From: Synechococcus sp.
GTDB taxonomy: Bacteria > Cyanobacteriota > Cyanobacteriia > PCC-6307 > Cyanobiaceae
DNA length: 64,000 bases
NCBI GenBank assembly: GCA_047285305.1
Contig: JBJBDL010000003.1
Location: 1,568,001 to 1,632,000 of the forward strand
Reading direction: 5' to 3'
Within the stretch, counting starts at the first letter, position 1; each line of letters starts with the position of its first letter. The position numbers and the translations under genes were made by a program. Shown here piece by piece: positions 39,944-51,960 of the stretch. A model generated the notes under the pieces. The model was not told where the DNA came from and did not search any database. It saw only the letters and a program-made list of their open reading frames with translations.

Positions 39944-41131
39944 TCAGAGCAGATATGGCAGCAGGCGCAGGCCGTAACGCTCGAAGTTGTAGTTGAACAA
40001 CAGCTCTGAGAGAGCAGGTGCTTCTGCAGTCGCAGAAAGCCCATGGATCAGTCTTTCAAGACGTCGGTCCGCCCTTGGATTGTCGAGGCCCCACCAGGTG
40101 CGCCGCGCCAACCGGCCTGACACCAACCAGCGCCAACTCTGCTGTGCCTTGAGCTGCTCTTGGTAGCGAAGGGCCATGGCCGAGGAGTCCCCAGGCATCC
40201 CATCATCGATCAACAAATCGGCCAGTTGATCCGCGCTGTCCATCGCATGGCGGATTCCCTCTCCCCCAAGCAGATTGGCAGAACTGGCAGCATCCCCCAC
40301 CGCCAGCAGCGCACCAGCCACCAATTGTTCGGAGCGGGCGATGCTGCTGGACACGGGCCCGCCATGGCGATCCAGCACCGGGCAGGAGCTCAAGCCACAG
40401 CGTTGAATCAAACCCTGAAGGGGTCCAGCCAGGCTGCCGGGAGCAGGACGACCCGCCGGTGGGAGGTGACAGACGCCCACCTTCAGCCGTTGTCCCTGCA
40501 TGGGGAAGATCCAGCCGTAGCCATGGGGGATCCAGGCGGTACCCAGGAAGAAACTGATCCGATCCCGCCAGGCAGCCGCGTGACGGTCATCGGCCTGTAT
40601 CAACCACTCAACTCCGATGCCCTGCAGCAGAGGATCCTTGGGATTGGGGCTGAGGCCGGCCTGCTGCAGCAGATCTCGGCGTGCACCGGTGGCATCAATC
40701 AGCCAGCGCGCTGATCGCAATGACGACCTCCCATCGCTTGTTTGCAGCCGCACGCTGGCTTGATCGGCCGTGAGCGTGGTGAGAGCTGCTTGGCAGCCCT
40801 GTATCAACTCCACCCCATGGCGGCGCGCTTCCTCCCAGAGCCAGGAGCGAAGCCGACCGAAGTCGAGCACGACCCCCAGATCGCCGGACGACCACCACTG
40901 ATGAACCAGACCCGAGGGATCATGCAGCTGCCAGCCCTGCCAGGTGGCGGCAATGGCGTCATTCGGAAGGCCCAAGCGACGAACAGCCTCGAGAGGAAGG
41001 GCACCACTGGAATAGGCATGGCGATGTGGATCAGCCAGCCGATCCACCAGGGTGACCTCAGCACCCGCCCGCGCCAATTGAATCGCCAGACGGGCACCAG
41101 ACGGACCCGCGCCAACGATCAGAACCGACAC
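39944..41131 (-). CDS. FAD-dependent oxidoreductase (geranylgeranyl reductase-like)
   Basis: GAGPSG, DATG, GYGWIFP, VGDAA...GEGIR. Confidence 0.85.
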   Translation of the reverse strand: MSVLIVGAGPSGARLAIQLARAGAEVTLVDRLADPHRHAYSSGALPLEAVRRLGLPNDAIAATWQGWQLHDPSGLVHQWWSSGDLGVVLDFGRLRSWLWEEARRHGVELIQGCQAALTTLTADQASVRLQTSDGRSSLRSARWLIDATGARRDLLQQAGLSPNPKDPLLQGIGVEWLIQADDRHAAAWRDRISFFLGTAWIPHGYGWIFPMQGQRLKVGVCHLPPAGRPAPGSLAGPLQGLIQRCGLSSCPVLDRHGGPVSSSIARSEQLVAGALLAVGDAASSANLLGGEGIRHAMDSADQLADLLIDDGMPGDSSAMALRYQEQLKAQQSWRWLVSGRLARRTWWGLDNPRADRRLERLIHGLSATAEAPALSELLFNYNFERYGLRLLPYLL

Positions 41132-41144
41132 CGATGCCTCTGGG

Positions 41145-43076
41145 TCAGGCCTGTAGGGCCTTGATCGAAGCGGTGGCTGGCAGATCACCAGAGGTGTTGC
41201 TGAAGCGCTCGAGGATGCGTTCAGCCATCTGCGCAGGTGTCAGGCCGAGAGCTTCCTTGCTCTGCTGCGGCGTGGCGTGATCAACCAGTTGGTCGGGGAT
41301 GCCGATGCGCAGCATCGAGACGTTGATGTCCTGATCGATCAACGACTCCAGAACCGCTGCGCCAAAACCGCCGGGTAGTGCTCCCTCTTCCATGGTGACC
41401 ACGCGGGGGGTTCGACGTGCCAGCGGATGGATCAGAGCCTGATCCAGGGGCCTCAGGAAGCGAGCGTTGATCACGGTGGTGGAGAGACCGGCTTCCTCCA
41501 GAAGCGTTGCTGTGGCCAGGGCCGGAGCCACCATCGAGCCATAGGCCACGATCATGAGATCGTCGCCTTCCCGCAGCAGTTCTCCGCGGCCGATCGGCAG
41601 CGATTCCCAACCCTCTTCCATCAACGGCACGCCTTCCCCGGAGCCCCGCGGAATCCGCAGCGCCGTGGGCCCGTCGTGCTGCAGGCAGGTCACCAGCATG
41701 CGCTGGAGCTCAGCCTCATCCTTCGGTGCCATCACCGTGAAGTTGGGAATGGCACGCATGTAGCTGATGTCGTACTGACCCTGATGGGTCGGCCCGTCGG
41801 CACCAACTATTCCAGCACGATCGAGCACGAAGGTGACCGGCAGCTTCTGGATGCCCACGTCGTGGATCAACTGGTCGTAGGCGCGCTGAAGGAAGGTGCT
41901 GTAGATGGCAACGACAGGGCGCAACCCCTCGCAGGCCATTCCCGCCGCCAGGGTGACGGCATGTTGTTCAGCGATGCCAACGTCAACGTACTGGCCCGGA
42001 ACGGACTTCTGAAGCAGATCCAGACCTGTACCGGTGGCCATGGCCGCAGTAATGCCGATCACCCGACTGTTCTGCTCACAGAGCTTGACGAGGGTCTGCC
42101 CAAACACCTTGCTGTAGCTGGGGGGCTTGGGTTTGGACGACGGAATCGCCTTGCCGGTGCCGAGATCAAAAGCCGATTGGGCGTGATAGCCAACCTGATC
42201 GGCCTCGGCATAGGGATAGCCCTTGCCCTTTTTGGTGACGACATGCACCAGCACAGGGCCACCCTCACGGTGGGCCGCCTGGAAGGTGCGCACCATTTCA
42301 CCGATGTCGTGGCCATCGATCGGCCCCATGTAAGTGAAGCCCAGTTCCTCAAACACTGCACCCACCTTGGGAACTGCAAGGCGACGCATGCTGCCCTTGA
42401 GGCGGTTGAGTTCTGCAGGAATCTCACCACCCATGAAGGGCAGATGCCGAACGCTTTCCTCAACACTCCCTGAGAGGAACTGCATCGGTGGGCTGAGCCG
42501 AGCACGGTTAAGCACGTTCGACAGCGCACCCACCGGCGGGGAGATCGACATGTCGTTGTCGTTCAGCACCACCAGGAGCGGTGTGTTGGGGAGGTGTCCG
42601 GCGTGGTTGATGGCCTCAAGAGCCATGCCGCCTGTCAGGGCTCCATCACCAATGACAGCAACGCATTTGAACGACTCTCCCCGGTTGTCCCGGGCCATGG
42701 CCATGCCCAGCGCTGCTGAGATGGAGGTGCTGGCGTGGCCCGCTCCGAAGTGGTCGAAGTCGCTCTCTGTACGCTTGAGATAACCCGCGACTCCGTGCTG
42801 CTGGCGCAGGGAATCAAAATCGTTGAACCGGCCGGTGATCAATTTGTGGGGGTAGGCCTGATGGCCCACATCCCAAATCACACGGTCATGGTCAAGATCC
42901 AGCGTCTGGTACAGCGCCAGGGTCAACTCCACAACCCCCAGGCCAGGCCCCAGATGACCACCGCTGGTGGACACCACCTGCAGATGCCGCTCACGAATCT
43001 GCCGAGCCACGTCCTCAAGCTGAGCCGGGCTGAGTCCGTGCAGTTCATTCGGATGCTTCAGATCTCCGAGATGCAT
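41145..43076 (-). CDS. dxs: 1-deoxy-D-xylulose-5-phosphate synthase
   Basis: [39 protein letters not shown]. Confidence 0.97.
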   Translation of the reverse strand: MHLGDLKHPNELHGLSPAQLEDVARQIRERHLQVVSTSGGHLGPGLGVVELTLALYQTLDLDHDRVIWDVGHQAYPHKLITGRFNDFDSLRQQHGVAGYLKRTESDFDHFGAGHASTSISAALGMAMARDNRGESFKCVAVIGDGALTGGMALEAINHAGHLPNTPLLVVLNDNDMSISPPVGALSNVLNRARLSPPMQFLSGSVEESVRHLPFMGGEIPAELNRLKGSMRRLAVPKVGAVFEELGFTYMGPIDGHDIGEMVRTFQAAHREGGPVLVHVVTKKGKGYPYAEADQVGYHAQSAFDLGTGKAIPSSKPKPPSYSKVFGQTLVKLCEQNSRVIGITAAMATGTGLDLLQKSVPGQYVDVGIAEQHAVTLAAGMACEGLRPVVAIYSTFLQRAYDQLIHDVGIQKLPVTFVLDRAGIVGADGPTHQGQYDISYMRAIPNFTVMAPKDEAELQRMLVTCLQHDGPTALRIPRGSGEGVPLMEEGWESLPIGRGELLREGDDLMIVAYGSMVAPALATATLLEEAGLSTTVINARFLRPLDQALIHPLARRTPRVVTMEEGALPGGFGAAVLESLIDQDINVSMLRIGIPDQLVDHATPQQSKEALGLTPAQMAERILERFSNTSGDLPATASIKALQA

Positions 43077-43156
43077 GCACTGCCAACTCCAATACGTGCA
43101 ATCTACGGGAACCAACCCGGATCCTGTCTGGATCGAACCCTTGGAAGAATGGTGAG

Positions 43157-44686
43157 ATGACCGACTACCTGCAGCGGATCCTGCGTGCCCGCGTCTACGA
43201 CGTAGCGCAGGAAACCCCTTTGGATCCCGCCCCCAATCTGAGCCGCCGGCTGAACAACACGGTCTGGCTGAAGCGTGAGGATCTCCAGCCGGTGTTCTCG
43301 TTCAAGCTGCGTGGTGCCTACAACCGCATGGTGCAGCTCAGCAGAGACGAGCTCAAGCGCGGGGTGATTGCCTCCAGTGCCGGGAACCATGCCCAGGGCG
43401 TGGCTCTGAGTGCCCAGCGTCTTGGCTGTCGGGCCGTGATCGTGATGCCAAGCACCACACCCGAGGTGAAAGTGCGTGCCGTGCGGGCTCTGGGTGGTGA
43501 CGTGGTCCTCCATGGCGAGACCTATGACGAGTGCTCCGCGGAGGCGCACCGACGCTGCAAGGCCGAGGGTCTCACCTTCATTCACCCCTTCGACGATCCG
43601 GAAGTGATCGCAGGCCAGGGAACGATCGGCATGGAGATCATGCGCCAGGCCGAGCAGCCACCCAATGCCATCTATGTGGCCGTGGGCGGTGGTGGCCTAA
43701 TCGCCGGCATCGCCGCCTACGTCAAACGGCTGTGGCCGGAAACGGAGGTGATCGGCGTGGAGCCGGTGGATGCCGATGCCCTGAGCCGCTCCCTTGAGCA
43801 AGGGCATCGGGTGGAACTGGAACAGGTGGGGCTGTTTGCCGATGGCGTCGCCGTGAGAAAGGTGGGGGAACACACCTTTGCGCTGGCCCAGCAGTTCGTC
43901 GATCGCATGGTGCGGGTCGACACCGATGCCATATGCGCCGCGATCAAGGACGTCTTTGAAGACACCCGTTCAATCCTTGAGCCCGCCGGTGCCCTGGCGG
44001 TTGCCGGGCTCAAACAGGACGTGGCCGAGCGCCAGCTGGCGGGGGGCAATTTGGTGGCGGTGGCCTGCGGGGCCAACATGAATTTCGACCGACTGCGCTT
44101 CATCGCCGAACGGGCTGAGCTCGGGGAAGAGCGGGAAGCAATGCTGGCCGTGGAGATTCCCGAATCACCCGGCAGCCTGAGACGGCTTTGCGAACTGTTG
44201 CGAGAGCGCAGCCTCACAGAATTCAGTTACCGCATGACTGATGGTGCCTCGGCGCAGATCTTCATCGGTGTGCAGGTAAGCGATGAAAACGACCGTGCCT
44301 CACTGCTGGGGCAACTAGAGCGTGGGGACTTCCCCTGCCTCGATCTGAGTGAAAACGAATTTGCCAAGGTCCACCTGCGCCACATGGTGGGGGGCCGCCT
44401 GCCGGCTTCAGCACGCACGGCCTGTGCCAGGGAATGCAAAGAGCTGCTGTATCGCTTCGAGTTTCCCGAACGCCCTGGTGCCTTGATGAGCTTCGTGGAT
44501 GCTCTGCACCCCGGCTGGAGCATCAGCATCTTCCACTACAGAAACCATGGTGCTGACGTGGGGCGCATCGTTGTTGGCGTACTGGTGCCGGAACAGGAGA
44601 TGCAGGGCTGGACCGAATTCCTCAATGCCCTGGGCTACCGCCACTGGGATGAAACCAACAACCCGGCCTATGGCCTTTTCCTCTGA
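43157..44686 (+). CDS. ilvA: Threonine ammonia-lyase, biosynthetic
   Basis: [25 protein letters not shown]-terminal FPERPGAL. Confidence 0.97.
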   Translation: MTDYLQRILRARVYDVAQETPLDPAPNLSRRLNNTVWLKREDLQPVFSFKLRGAYNRMVQLSRDELKRGVIASSAGNHAQGVALSAQRLGCRAVIVMPSTTPEVKVRAVRALGGDVVLHGETYDECSAEAHRRCKAEGLTFIHPFDDPEVIAGQGTIGMEIMRQAEQPPNAIYVAVGGGGLIAGIAAYVKRLWPETEVIGVEPVDADALSRSLEQGHRVELEQVGLFADGVAVRKVGEHTFALAQQFVDRMVRVDTDAICAAIKDVFEDTRSILEPAGALAVAGLKQDVAERQLAGGNLVAVACGANMNFDRLRFIAERAELGEEREAMLAVEIPESPGSLRRLCELLRERSLTEFSYRMTDGASAQIFIGVQVSDENDRASLLGQLERGDFPCLDLSENEFAKVHLRHMVGGRLPASARTACARECKELLYRFEFPERPGALMSFVDALHPGWSISIFHYRNHGADVGRIVVGVLVPEQEMQGWTEFLNALGYRHWDETNNPAYGLFL

Positions 44687-44725
44687 GTTTCAGGGCGGTA
44701 CCTTGAGTGCTCTCGAGGGGTTGTG

Positions 44726-45223
44726 ATGACGTCTCCATCCCTACCAACCCGGCTCGAGGCGATTCTTTATCTCAAGGGTCGGCCCGTCAGCATCGGCGAA
44801 CTGGCCGAGCTGGCCGACTCCGACCGCCGAAGCGTTGAAGAAGCCCTCGTCGCTCTGACGGCCTCCTACGCCCAGCGAGACAGTGCCCTGGAGATCGTTG
44901 AACAGAGCGGTCGCTACGGTCTGCAGCTCCGGCCGGGCATGGGCGATCTGGTCAAAGACCTGCTGCCGGTGAATCTCTCCACGGCAACCCTTCGAACTCT
45001 CGCCACCATTGCCCTGAAGAAACGCATTCTTCAATCGGATCTTGTGGATCTGCGGGGTTCGGGGGCCTACGACCACATCAAGGAACTGCTGGCGCAGGAA
45101 TTTATCGATCGGCGTCGTCAGAGCGAGGGGCGGTCCTACTGGCTCACACTCACCGAAAAATTTCATCGCACCTTCTCAGTGCTTCCTGATCTTGGGGCAA
45201 CCGATCTGACGGAAGCTGCATAA
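44726..45223 (+). CDS. scpB: SMC-Scp complex subunit ScpB
   Basis: LEAILY, LRTLATIA, DLRGSGAYDHIKEL. Confidence 0.92.
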   Translation: MTSPSLPTRLEAILYLKGRPVSIGELAELADSDRRSVEEALVALTASYAQRDSALEIVEQSGRYGLQLRPGMGDLVKDLLPVNLSTATLRTLATIALKKRILQSDLVDLRGSGAYDHIKELLAQEFIDRRRQSEGRSYWLTLTEKFHRTFSVLPDLGATDLTEAA

Positions 45224-45247
45224 AGTCGGAGCAGATCAGCATCAGTC

Positions 45248-45544
45248 ATGGAATCTCTACCCGTCACCTTGCTTCAGGTGTTGTCCCAGACCTTGCAGAT
45301 CTATTCCTTGGTGCTGATCGTGCGGGTTCTGCTGAGCTGGTTCCCGAATCTGGACTGGGGCAATCCGGTGCTCAGCAGCGTGAGTGCGATCACCGACCCC
45401 TACCTGAACGCCTTCAGGGGTTTGATCCCACCGCTGGGGGGCATTGACCTCTCCGCCATCCTGGCCTTCCTGGCCCTGAACCTCTTGCAGAGCCTGGTGG
45501 GGCAATCGATCAGCGCCTTCTACATGTCAGGCTCCAGCTGGTGA
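45248..45544 (+). CDS. YggT/YlmG family membrane protein
   Basis: RVLLSWFP, TDPYLNAFRGLIPPLGGIDLS. Confidence 0.92.
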   Translation: MESLPVTLLQVLSQTLQIYSLVLIVRVLLSWFPNLDWGNPVLSSVSAITDPYLNAFRGLIPPLGGIDLSAILAFLALNLLQSLVGQSISAFYMSGSSW

Positions 45545-46018
45545 TCACTGCTGGGTAATGTCCCGTTCCAATGGAAGCAGGTCATCTTCGTCAGCATTAA
45601 CGCGGCTTCGGACCGGAGCATTGAATCCACGGGCACGGGGATTTTTGATCACAAACGGCCCTGGGGTTCCAGCGGGCACTGAGATTCGCAGAGCGAACGG
45701 GGAGTGACCAGGGTTCACATCCCCAATCGATCCCACCCGGGTTCTGTTTGGAAGAACAGGTTCACCACTGGCATCCAGAATTCGTGCATAAACATCGGTG
45801 TCGATGACGCTGTTCTTGCTGCGGTTCTCAACGTCTCCAGTCAGCACATAACAGCTGGCACCAACTGGGCGGCTCAATTCAGGTTGATTGCCAGCATCAA
45901 GCTCTCCGCAAGGATCAAGGCGAACCTCACTGAGCTGCAGTTCAGCGGCATCGCAGGGGAGCGCAAGCCACAGCAGCAGGGGCAGGCTGCACAAAACGGA
46001 AACAAGTCGAAGGAGCAT
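45545..46018 (-). CDS. Conserved hypothetical exported protein
   Basis: Signal peptide; DVYARILDASGEPVLPNRTRVG; ATG 46018. Confidence 0.7.
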   Translation of the reverse strand: MLLRLVSVLCSLPLLLWLALPCDAAELQLSEVRLDPCGELDAGNQPELSRPVGASCYVLTGDVENRSKNSVIDTDVYARILDASGEPVLPNRTRVGSIGDVNPGHSPFALRISVPAGTPGPFVIKNPRARGFNAPVRSRVNADEDDLLPLERDITQQ

Positions 46019-46025
46019 CAGGAGA

Positions 46026-46355
46026 TCAACGTTGGTCACCACTGCCTCCGATGCGCCCACGGGCAGCTCGGCTTGACAGTTTCTGCAGGTTGGCGTCAGC
46101 CACCTCATTGAGGTCATAACCCAGTTCGCTGGCCAGCTGAGCCACGTACCAGAGCACATCTCCCAGCTCCAACTTGATCGCATCGCGGGTGTCGGCATCA
46201 AACACACCGCCGCGGTCGCGAATCACCTTTTTCACCTTGTCGGCCACCTCGCCGGCTTCACCGGTCAAACCGAGGGTCGGATAGATGGGATTACGGCCCA
46301 CATCCGGGTAGGCAGCCGTCTTTCGGGCGGTGTCCTGATAGGAATTCATCTCCAT
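46026..46355 (-). CDS. MazG-like nucleotide pyrophosphohydrolase
   Basis: LGLTGEAGEVADKVKK, ELGDVLWY. Confidence 0.9.
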   Translation of the reverse strand: MEMNSYQDTARKTAAYPDVGRNPIYPTLGLTGEAGEVADKVKKVIRDRGGVFDADTRDAIKLELGDVLWYVAQLASELGYDLNEVADANLQKLSSRAARGRIGGSGDQR

Positions 46356-46411
46356 GGGGCCGTTTAGGAAACGCCCGGATGGTAGTTTCCGCAGGGATTT
46401 TCAGCCGCGAT

Positions 46412-47863
46412 ATGGGCCAGTTCGACCTGAACCGACGGACCAAGATCGTGGCCACCATCGGCCCTGCCACGGAGAGTCCGGAGCGGATCAAGGAGCTGGT
46501 GAGGGCTGGTGCCACCACCTTCAGGCTGAACTTTTCCCACGGGGACCACAGCGAACATGCCGCACGCATCGCCACGATTCGTCAGGTGTCTGAGGAATTG
46601 GGGCAAACCATTGGCATCCTCCAAGACCTTCAGGGCCCGAAGATCCGGCTCGGACGGTTTGCTGAGGGTCCGATCACCCTGGCCAACGGCGACCCGTTCA
46701 CGCTCACTTCACGGCCGGTGAGCTGCGACAAGACGATCGCAACGGTCACCTACGACAAGCTGGCGGACGAAGTCACCTCAGGAAGCAGGATCCTTCTTGA
46801 TGACGGCCGTGTTGAGATGAAGGTCGATACCGTCGACAAAGCGCAGCAGACCTTGCATTGCACCGTCACCGTGGGCGGTGTTCTCTCCAACAACAAGGGC
46901 GTTAACTTCCCAGACGTTCAGTTATCCGTTCGTGCCCTCACGGACAAGGACAAGACCGACTTGGCCTTCGGCCTCAGCCAGGGAGTGGACTGGGTGGCCC
47001 TCAGCTTCGTGCGCAATCCCTCCGACATGGAGGAGATTCGCGGACTGATCCGCGAACAAGGCCATGAGACCCCTGTGGTTGCGAAGATCGAAAAGTTTGA
47101 GGCCATCGATCAGATCGATTCGATCCTGCCGCTCTGTGACGGTGTGATGGTGGCCCGCGGTGACCTTGGCGTGGAGATGCCGGCCGAGGAAGTGCCGTTG
47201 CTGCAGAAGGAACTGATCCGCAAGGCCAACAGCCTGGGCATCCCGATCATCACGGCCACCCAGATGCTGGATTCCATGGCCTCCAGCCCCCGGCCAACCC
47301 GAGCCGAAGTCAGCGACGTAGCCAACGCCATCCTGGATGGCACCGACGCCGTGATGCTCTCCAACGAGACCGCGGTCGGTGATTTCCCCGTGGAAGCCGT
47401 TCAAACCATGGCCACCATTGCTCGCAGGATCGAGAAGGACTACCCCCAACGCTCGATCGACAGCCACCTGCCCAGCACCATCCCCAATGCCTTGAGCGGT
47501 GCGGTCAGCACCATCGCCAGCCAGCTCAATGCCTCCGCAATTCTTCCCCTCACACGAAGTGGGGCCACAGCTCGCAACGTCAGCAAGTTCCGGCCTGCGG
47601 CACCGATCCTTGCCATTACTCCTGATCGCACGGTTGCCTGTCGTCTGCAGCTGGTTTGGGGCGTGACACCGCTGGTGATTCCCCAGGGCGAACGCACCAC
47701 GCAGACCTTCCAGGCGGCGATGGTCAAAGCCAAGGAGCTCGATCTGTTGAAGGAGGGTGATCTCGTGGTGCAGTCCGCAGGCACCCACACCGGCGTTTCC
47801 GGATCCACAGATCTGGTGAAGGTGAGCATCGTCGGCAACGAAGCTGAGGCGACACTGATCTGA
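46412..47863 (+). CDS. pyk: Pyruvate kinase
   Basis: TKIVATIGP, RLNFSHG, MVARGDLGVE. Confidence 0.97.
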   Translation: MGQFDLNRRTKIVATIGPATESPERIKELVRAGATTFRLNFSHGDHSEHAARIATIRQVSEELGQTIGILQDLQGPKIRLGRFAEGPITLANGDPFTLTSRPVSCDKTIATVTYDKLADEVTSGSRILLDDGRVEMKVDTVDKAQQTLHCTVTVGGVLSNNKGVNFPDVQLSVRALTDKDKTDLAFGLSQGVDWVALSFVRNPSDMEEIRGLIREQGHETPVVAKIEKFEAIDQIDSILPLCDGVMVARGDLGVEMPAEEVPLLQKELIRKANSLGIPIITATQMLDSMASSPRPTRAEVSDVANAILDGTDAVMLSNETAVGDFPVEAVQTMATIARRIEKDYPQRSIDSHLPSTIPNALSGAVSTIASQLNASAILPLTRSGATARNVSKFRPAAPILAITPDRTVACRLQLVWGVTPLVIPQGERTTQTFQAAMVKAKELDLLKEGDLVVQSAGTHTGVSGSTDLVKVSIVGNEAEATLI

Positions 47864-47876
47864 GCGACGCCACACC

Positions 47877-49106
47877 ATGAACCGGCGCATGCCCGCAACG
47901 GAAACGGTGGCGATGGCCCTGTCCACTCTGCGGAGCAACAAGCTGCGGAGCCTTCTCACGATGGTGGGAATTGTGATAGGCAACGCCTCGGTGATCACCC
48001 TGGTGGGGGTTGGACGGGGAGCGCAATTGCTGGCTGAAGGTCAGTTGAACAACCTCGGCGCCAATGTGCTGTTTGTGGTTCCGGGCAACACAAACGCCAG
48101 ACGGCAAGGGGTCACCCGGCCGAAAACGCTCGTCCTGGAAGATGCCGTAGCCATAGCCACCCAGGTTCCCAGCGTCAAACGCGTCGCCCCTCTGATCAAC
48201 ACCAATCAGGTGGTGCAGGCTGGCGCCCGCAGTTCAACGGGTGCGGTCTTCGGCGCGACATCGGAGTTCCTTCCGGTGCGCAGCTTCGAAGTGGCCAAGG
48301 GCCGTTTCATCAACGCAAAGGACGTCGCCGGTGCGAAAGCCATCGCCGTGCTCGGCTCTGATTTGCGCACTAATTTGTTTCCCACCGGCTCAGCGATTGG
48401 CCAGCAGGTGCGCATCGGCAATCAAAGCTTTGAGGTGGTGGGTGTGATGGCCCCCAAGGGTGCCGTGTTCGGCAGCAACCAGGATGAAAACACCTACATC
48501 CCAATTACAACGATGGTGAACCGGATCACGGGTCGAGATCCGATTTACGGCGTCAGCCTCAACTCCATCAGTGTTGAAGCCATCGATGAACAGAGCATCA
48601 GCGCAGCCAGCTTTCAGATCAACAACCTGCTGAGACAGCGGCACCGGATTCTCCGGGATGACGATTTCGTGGTGCGGTCGCAGAAAGACGCCCTCACCAT
48701 CGTGGGTAACATCACCGGAGGACTCACCCTGATGCTCGGGGCCATCGGAGGGATCTCCCTGCTGGTGGGAGGCATCGGAATCATGAACATCATGTTGGTG
48801 TCCGTCAGCGAACGCACCGAGGAGATCGGTCTGCGCAAAGCCCTGGGGGCGCGCAGCAGTGATGTTTTGCAGCAATTTCTGGTGGAATCCTTGGTGCTTG
48901 CCAGCCTGGGAGGCGTCATCGGCACGCTGACGGGTCTTGGAACAGTGAGCCTCGTGGCGGCGGTCACGCCCCTGCCAGCAACGATCGGCGCAACGATGGT
49001 GGTGGTCACCGTTGGACTCTCAGGATCCATCGGGCTGTTCTTCGGAGTCGTTCCAGCCCGACGAGCCGCAAAGCTCGACCCGATTGTTGCCCTGAGAAGC
49101 CTTTGA
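47877..49106 (+). CDS. MacB/FtsX-type ABC permease
   Basis: [41 protein letters not shown]. Confidence 0.92.
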   Translation: MNRRMPATETVAMALSTLRSNKLRSLLTMVGIVIGNASVITLVGVGRGAQLLAEGQLNNLGANVLFVVPGNTNARRQGVTRPKTLVLEDAVAIATQVPSVKRVAPLINTNQVVQAGARSSTGAVFGATSEFLPVRSFEVAKGRFINAKDVAGAKAIAVLGSDLRTNLFPTGSAIGQQVRIGNQSFEVVGVMAPKGAVFGSNQDENTYIPITTMVNRITGRDPIYGVSLNSISVEAIDEQSISAASFQINNLLRQRHRILRDDDFVVRSQKDALTIVGNITGGLTLMLGAIGGISLLVGGIGIMNIMLVSVSERTEEIGLRKALGARSSDVLQQFLVESLVLASLGGVIGTLTGLGTVSLVAAVTPLPATIGATMVVVTVGLSGSIGLFFGVVPARRAAKLDPIVALRSL

Positions 49107-49134
49107 TCAAGGCCTCAGAAATCAGGCCGACTCC

Positions 49135-49152
49135 TTTACACTAGTTAACGAA
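49135..49152 (+). promoter_or_regulatory. Putative HLR1 (RpaB) site upstream of ftsH
   Basis: TTTACACT-AG-TTAACGAA vs (G/T)TTACA(T/A)(T/A)-NN-repeat, 3 mismatches. Confidence 0.4.
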
Positions 49153-49164
49153 TTTTTTCAGCTC

Positions 49165-51084
49165 ATGAATCAGCGCTGGCGCCTTCTTGCCCTCTGGCTG
49201 TTGCCAATCGGCGTCGTGTTGCTGATCGGCTGGCAGGTGGTGAGCAATGGAGGCATCAACGGCCTCAGCCAGGACAGCAATGGCACCACCGTCGCTCCTC
49301 GCAATGCTGCGGTGGCACGGATGAGCTACGGCCGCTTCCTCGACTACGTCGAGGCCGGTCGCGTCACGGCCGTTGATATCTACGACGGTGGCCGCAACGC
49401 CGTGATTGAAGCGGTCGATCCCGACCTCGACAACCGGGTTCAACGCCTGCGCGTTGATCTTCCTGGTCTGGCCCCTGAGCTGATCAACACGCTGAAGACC
49501 GAAGGCATCAGCTTTGACATTCATCCCCCACGCACAGCACCACCGGCGCTAGGAGTTCTGGGCAATCTTGCGTTCCCGCTGCTGCTGATCGGTGCCCTGA
49601 TCTTTCTGGCCCGCCGCAACAGCAATATGCCTGGCGGCCCTGGCCAAGCCATGCAGTTCGGCAAAAGCAAGGCCCGCTTCATGATGGAAGCGGAGACCGG
49701 CGTCATGTTCGATGACGTGGCAGGCGTCGCCGAGGCCAAGCAGGAACTGCAGGAAGTGGTCACCTTCCTGAAGCAGCCCGAGCGATTCACCTCAGTGGGA
49801 GCTCAGATTCCCCGCGGCCTTCTGCTGGTCGGCCCTCCCGGCACCGGCAAAACACTTCTGGCTAAGGCCATTGCCGGTGAAGCGGGCGTTCCCTTCTTCT
49901 CCCTCTCAGGTTCTGAGTTCGTTGAGATGTTCGTTGGCGTGGGTGCCAGCCGCGTCCGCGATCTGTTCAAAAAGGCCAAGGAGAACAGCCCCTGTTTGAT
50001 CTTCATCGACGAAATTGATGCCGTTGGCCGTCAGCGCGGTGCCGGCATCGGCGGAGGCAACGATGAGCGCGAACAGACGCTGAACCAACTCCTCACGGAG
50101 ATGGATGGTTTTGAAGGCAATAGCGGCATCATCATCATTGCCGCCACCAACCGCCCCGACGTTCTGGACTCAGCTCTGATGCGTCCGGGCCGTTTTGACC
50201 GTCAGGTCACTGTGGACGCTCCAGACATCAAGGGTCGCCTCGCCATCCTTGATGTGCACTGCCGCAACAAGAAGCTCGAAGAGGAGCTGTCCCTCGAAAG
50301 CATCGCCCGCCGCACCCCTGGCTTTACTGGTGCTGACCTGGCCAACCTCATGAACGAAGCGGCCATTCTCACCGCCCGCCGCCGAAAGGAAGCTATCGGT
50401 TTGAGCGAGATCGACGACGCTGTCGATCGGATCATCGCCGGCATGGAGGGTCGTCCCCTCACCGACGGTCGCAGCAAGCGTCTGATCGCTTACCACGAGG
50501 TGGGCCATGCCCTGATCGGAACCCTGGTCAAGGACCACGACCCTGTTCAGAAGGTCACTTTGGTTCCTCGTGGTCAGGCCCAGGGCTTGACCTGGTTCTC
50601 CCCGGATGAGGAGCAAACATTGGTGACCCGTGCCCAGCTCAAGGCACGCATCATGGGAGCCCTGGGTGGTCGCGCCGCAGAGGACGTGGTGTTCGGTCAT
50701 CAGGAAGTCACCACTGGAGCAGGTGGCGACATCCAGCAGGTAGCTTCGATGGCTCGAAACATGGTGACCCGGCTCGGCATGAGTGATCTCGGTCCTGTGG
50801 CCCTCGAAGGCGGCAGTCAGGAAGTGTTCCTTGGTCGCGACTTGATGTCCCGCAGTGATGTGTCGGAATCGATCTCCCAACAGATCGATGTTCAAGTTCG
50901 CAACATGGTGAAGCGCTGTTATGACGAAACAGTTGAGATCGTGGCTGCCAACCGGGAAGCCATGGATCGCCTGGTGGAACTGCTGATCGAGAAGGAAACC
51001 ATGGATGGTGATGAGTTCAAGGCTGTTGTGGCTGAATTCACCGCTGTTCCTGAGAAAGACCGCACTGTCGTCACCCTGGACTGA
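49165..51084 (+). CDS. ftsH: ATP-dependent Zn metalloprotease FtsH (FtsH2-type)
   Basis: [23 protein letters not shown]. Confidence 0.97.
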   Translation: MNQRWRLLALWLLPIGVVLLIGWQVVSNGGINGLSQDSNGTTVAPRNAAVARMSYGRFLDYVEAGRVTAVDIYDGGRNAVIEAVDPDLDNRVQRLRVDLPGLAPELINTLKTEGISFDIHPPRTAPPALGVLGNLAFPLLLIGALIFLARRNSNMPGGPGQAMQFGKSKARFMMEAETGVMFDDVAGVAEAKQELQEVVTFLKQPERFTSVGAQIPRGLLLVGPPGTGKTLLAKAIAGEAGVPFFSLSGSEFVEMFVGVGASRVRDLFKKAKENSPCLIFIDEIDAVGRQRGAGIGGGNDEREQTLNQLLTEMDGFEGNSGIIIIAATNRPDVLDSALMRPGRFDRQVTVDAPDIKGRLAILDVHCRNKKLEEELSLESIARRTPGFTGADLANLMNEAAILTARRRKEAIGLSEIDDAVDRIIAGMEGRPLTDGRSKRLIAYHEVGHALIGTLVKDHDPVQKVTLVPRGQAQGLTWFSPDEEQTLVTRAQLKARIMGALGGRAAEDVVFGHQEVTTGAGGDIQQVASMARNMVTRLGMSDLGPVALEGGSQEVFLGRDLMSRSDVSESISQQIDVQVRNMVKRCYDETVEIVAANREAMDRLVELLIEKETMDGDEFKAVVAEFTAVPEKDRTVVTLD

Positions 51085-51102
51085 TTCTTGATCCAGCAAC
51101 AC

Positions 51103-51135
51103 AAAGCCCCCGTCTTATCCAGACGGGGACTTTTT
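51103..51135 (+). terminator. Rho-independent terminator after ftsH
   Basis: CCCCGTCT/AGACGGGG stem followed by T-run. Confidence 0.8.
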
Positions 51136-51180
51136 ATGGATTGGATTTTTTCTTGCGTCGTCGACAACGCTCCGAGCAAT

Positions 51181-51269
51181 AAACAACCTCGTCCCAGCAA
51201 TTTCTCCAGGCTTTGCGCCACTCAAAGGGACGATCACAGACTGGACAGATCTTGCTGGGACGGTTGTTT
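51181..51269. repeat. Long imperfect inverted repeat between convergent ftsH and clpP
   Basis: AAACAACC(TC)GTCCCAGCAA..TCCAG ... CTGGA..TTGCTGGGACGGTTGTTT. Confidence 0.7.
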
Positions 51270-51285
51270 TTAGAACTCGGCTTCT

Positions 51286-51879
51286 TCAAGCAACGGCCTG
51301 AACGGGACGCTTGTCGATCACCGAGTCAATCAAGCCGTAGTTCACCGCCTCGGTGGGTGACATGAAGAAGTCACGGTCGGTGTCCTGCTGGATCCGATCA
51401 AGTGGTTGCCCAGTGCGATCGGACAGCTCCTTGTTTAGGCGTTCCTTCAGGAAGAGAATTTCATCTGCCTGAATGCGGATGTCACTGGCTTGGCCCTGGG
51501 CACCACCTAAAGGCTGGTGAATCATGATCCGGGAGTGCTGCAGGCTGCTGCGCTTGCCCTTAGTGCCAGCACAGAGAAGAAAAGCTCCCATGCTTGCGGC
51601 CAGGCCAACACACACCGTGTGCACATCCGGTTTGATGTGCTGCATCGTGTCGAAGATGCCGAGGCCGTCGTAAACCGAACCACCGGGCGAGTTGATGTAG
51701 AGGAAGATATCTTTTTCGGGGTCCTCAGCTTCGAGGAACAACATCTGGGCCACGATCCGGTTGGCGGAGTCACTGGTTACAGCCTCACCAAGGAAGATAA
51801 TTCGCTCGCGCAGAAGCCTGGAATAAATGTCGAAGGCCCTTTCTCCCCGGCCGGACTCCTCAATCACAATGGGGATCAT
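51286..51879 (-). CDS. clpP: ATP-dependent Clp protease proteolytic subunit
   Basis: [37 protein letters not shown]. Confidence 0.97.
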   Translation of the reverse strand: MIPIVIEESGRGERAFDIYSRLLRERIIFLGEAVTSDSANRIVAQMLFLEAEDPEKDIFLYINSPGGSVYDGLGIFDTMQHIKPDVHTVCVGLAASMGAFLLCAGTKGKRSSLQHSRIMIHQPLGGAQGQASDIRIQADEILFLKERLNKELSDRTGQPLDRIQQDTDRDFFMSPTEAVNYGLIDSVIDKRPVQAVA

Positions 51880-51960
51880 CTGAGCAACAGCAGGGTCGCG
51901 CAATCCTAACGGCGATGTCTGCGGCGCTAGGGTTCCGGCCATTCATTCCTGGACTGCACG

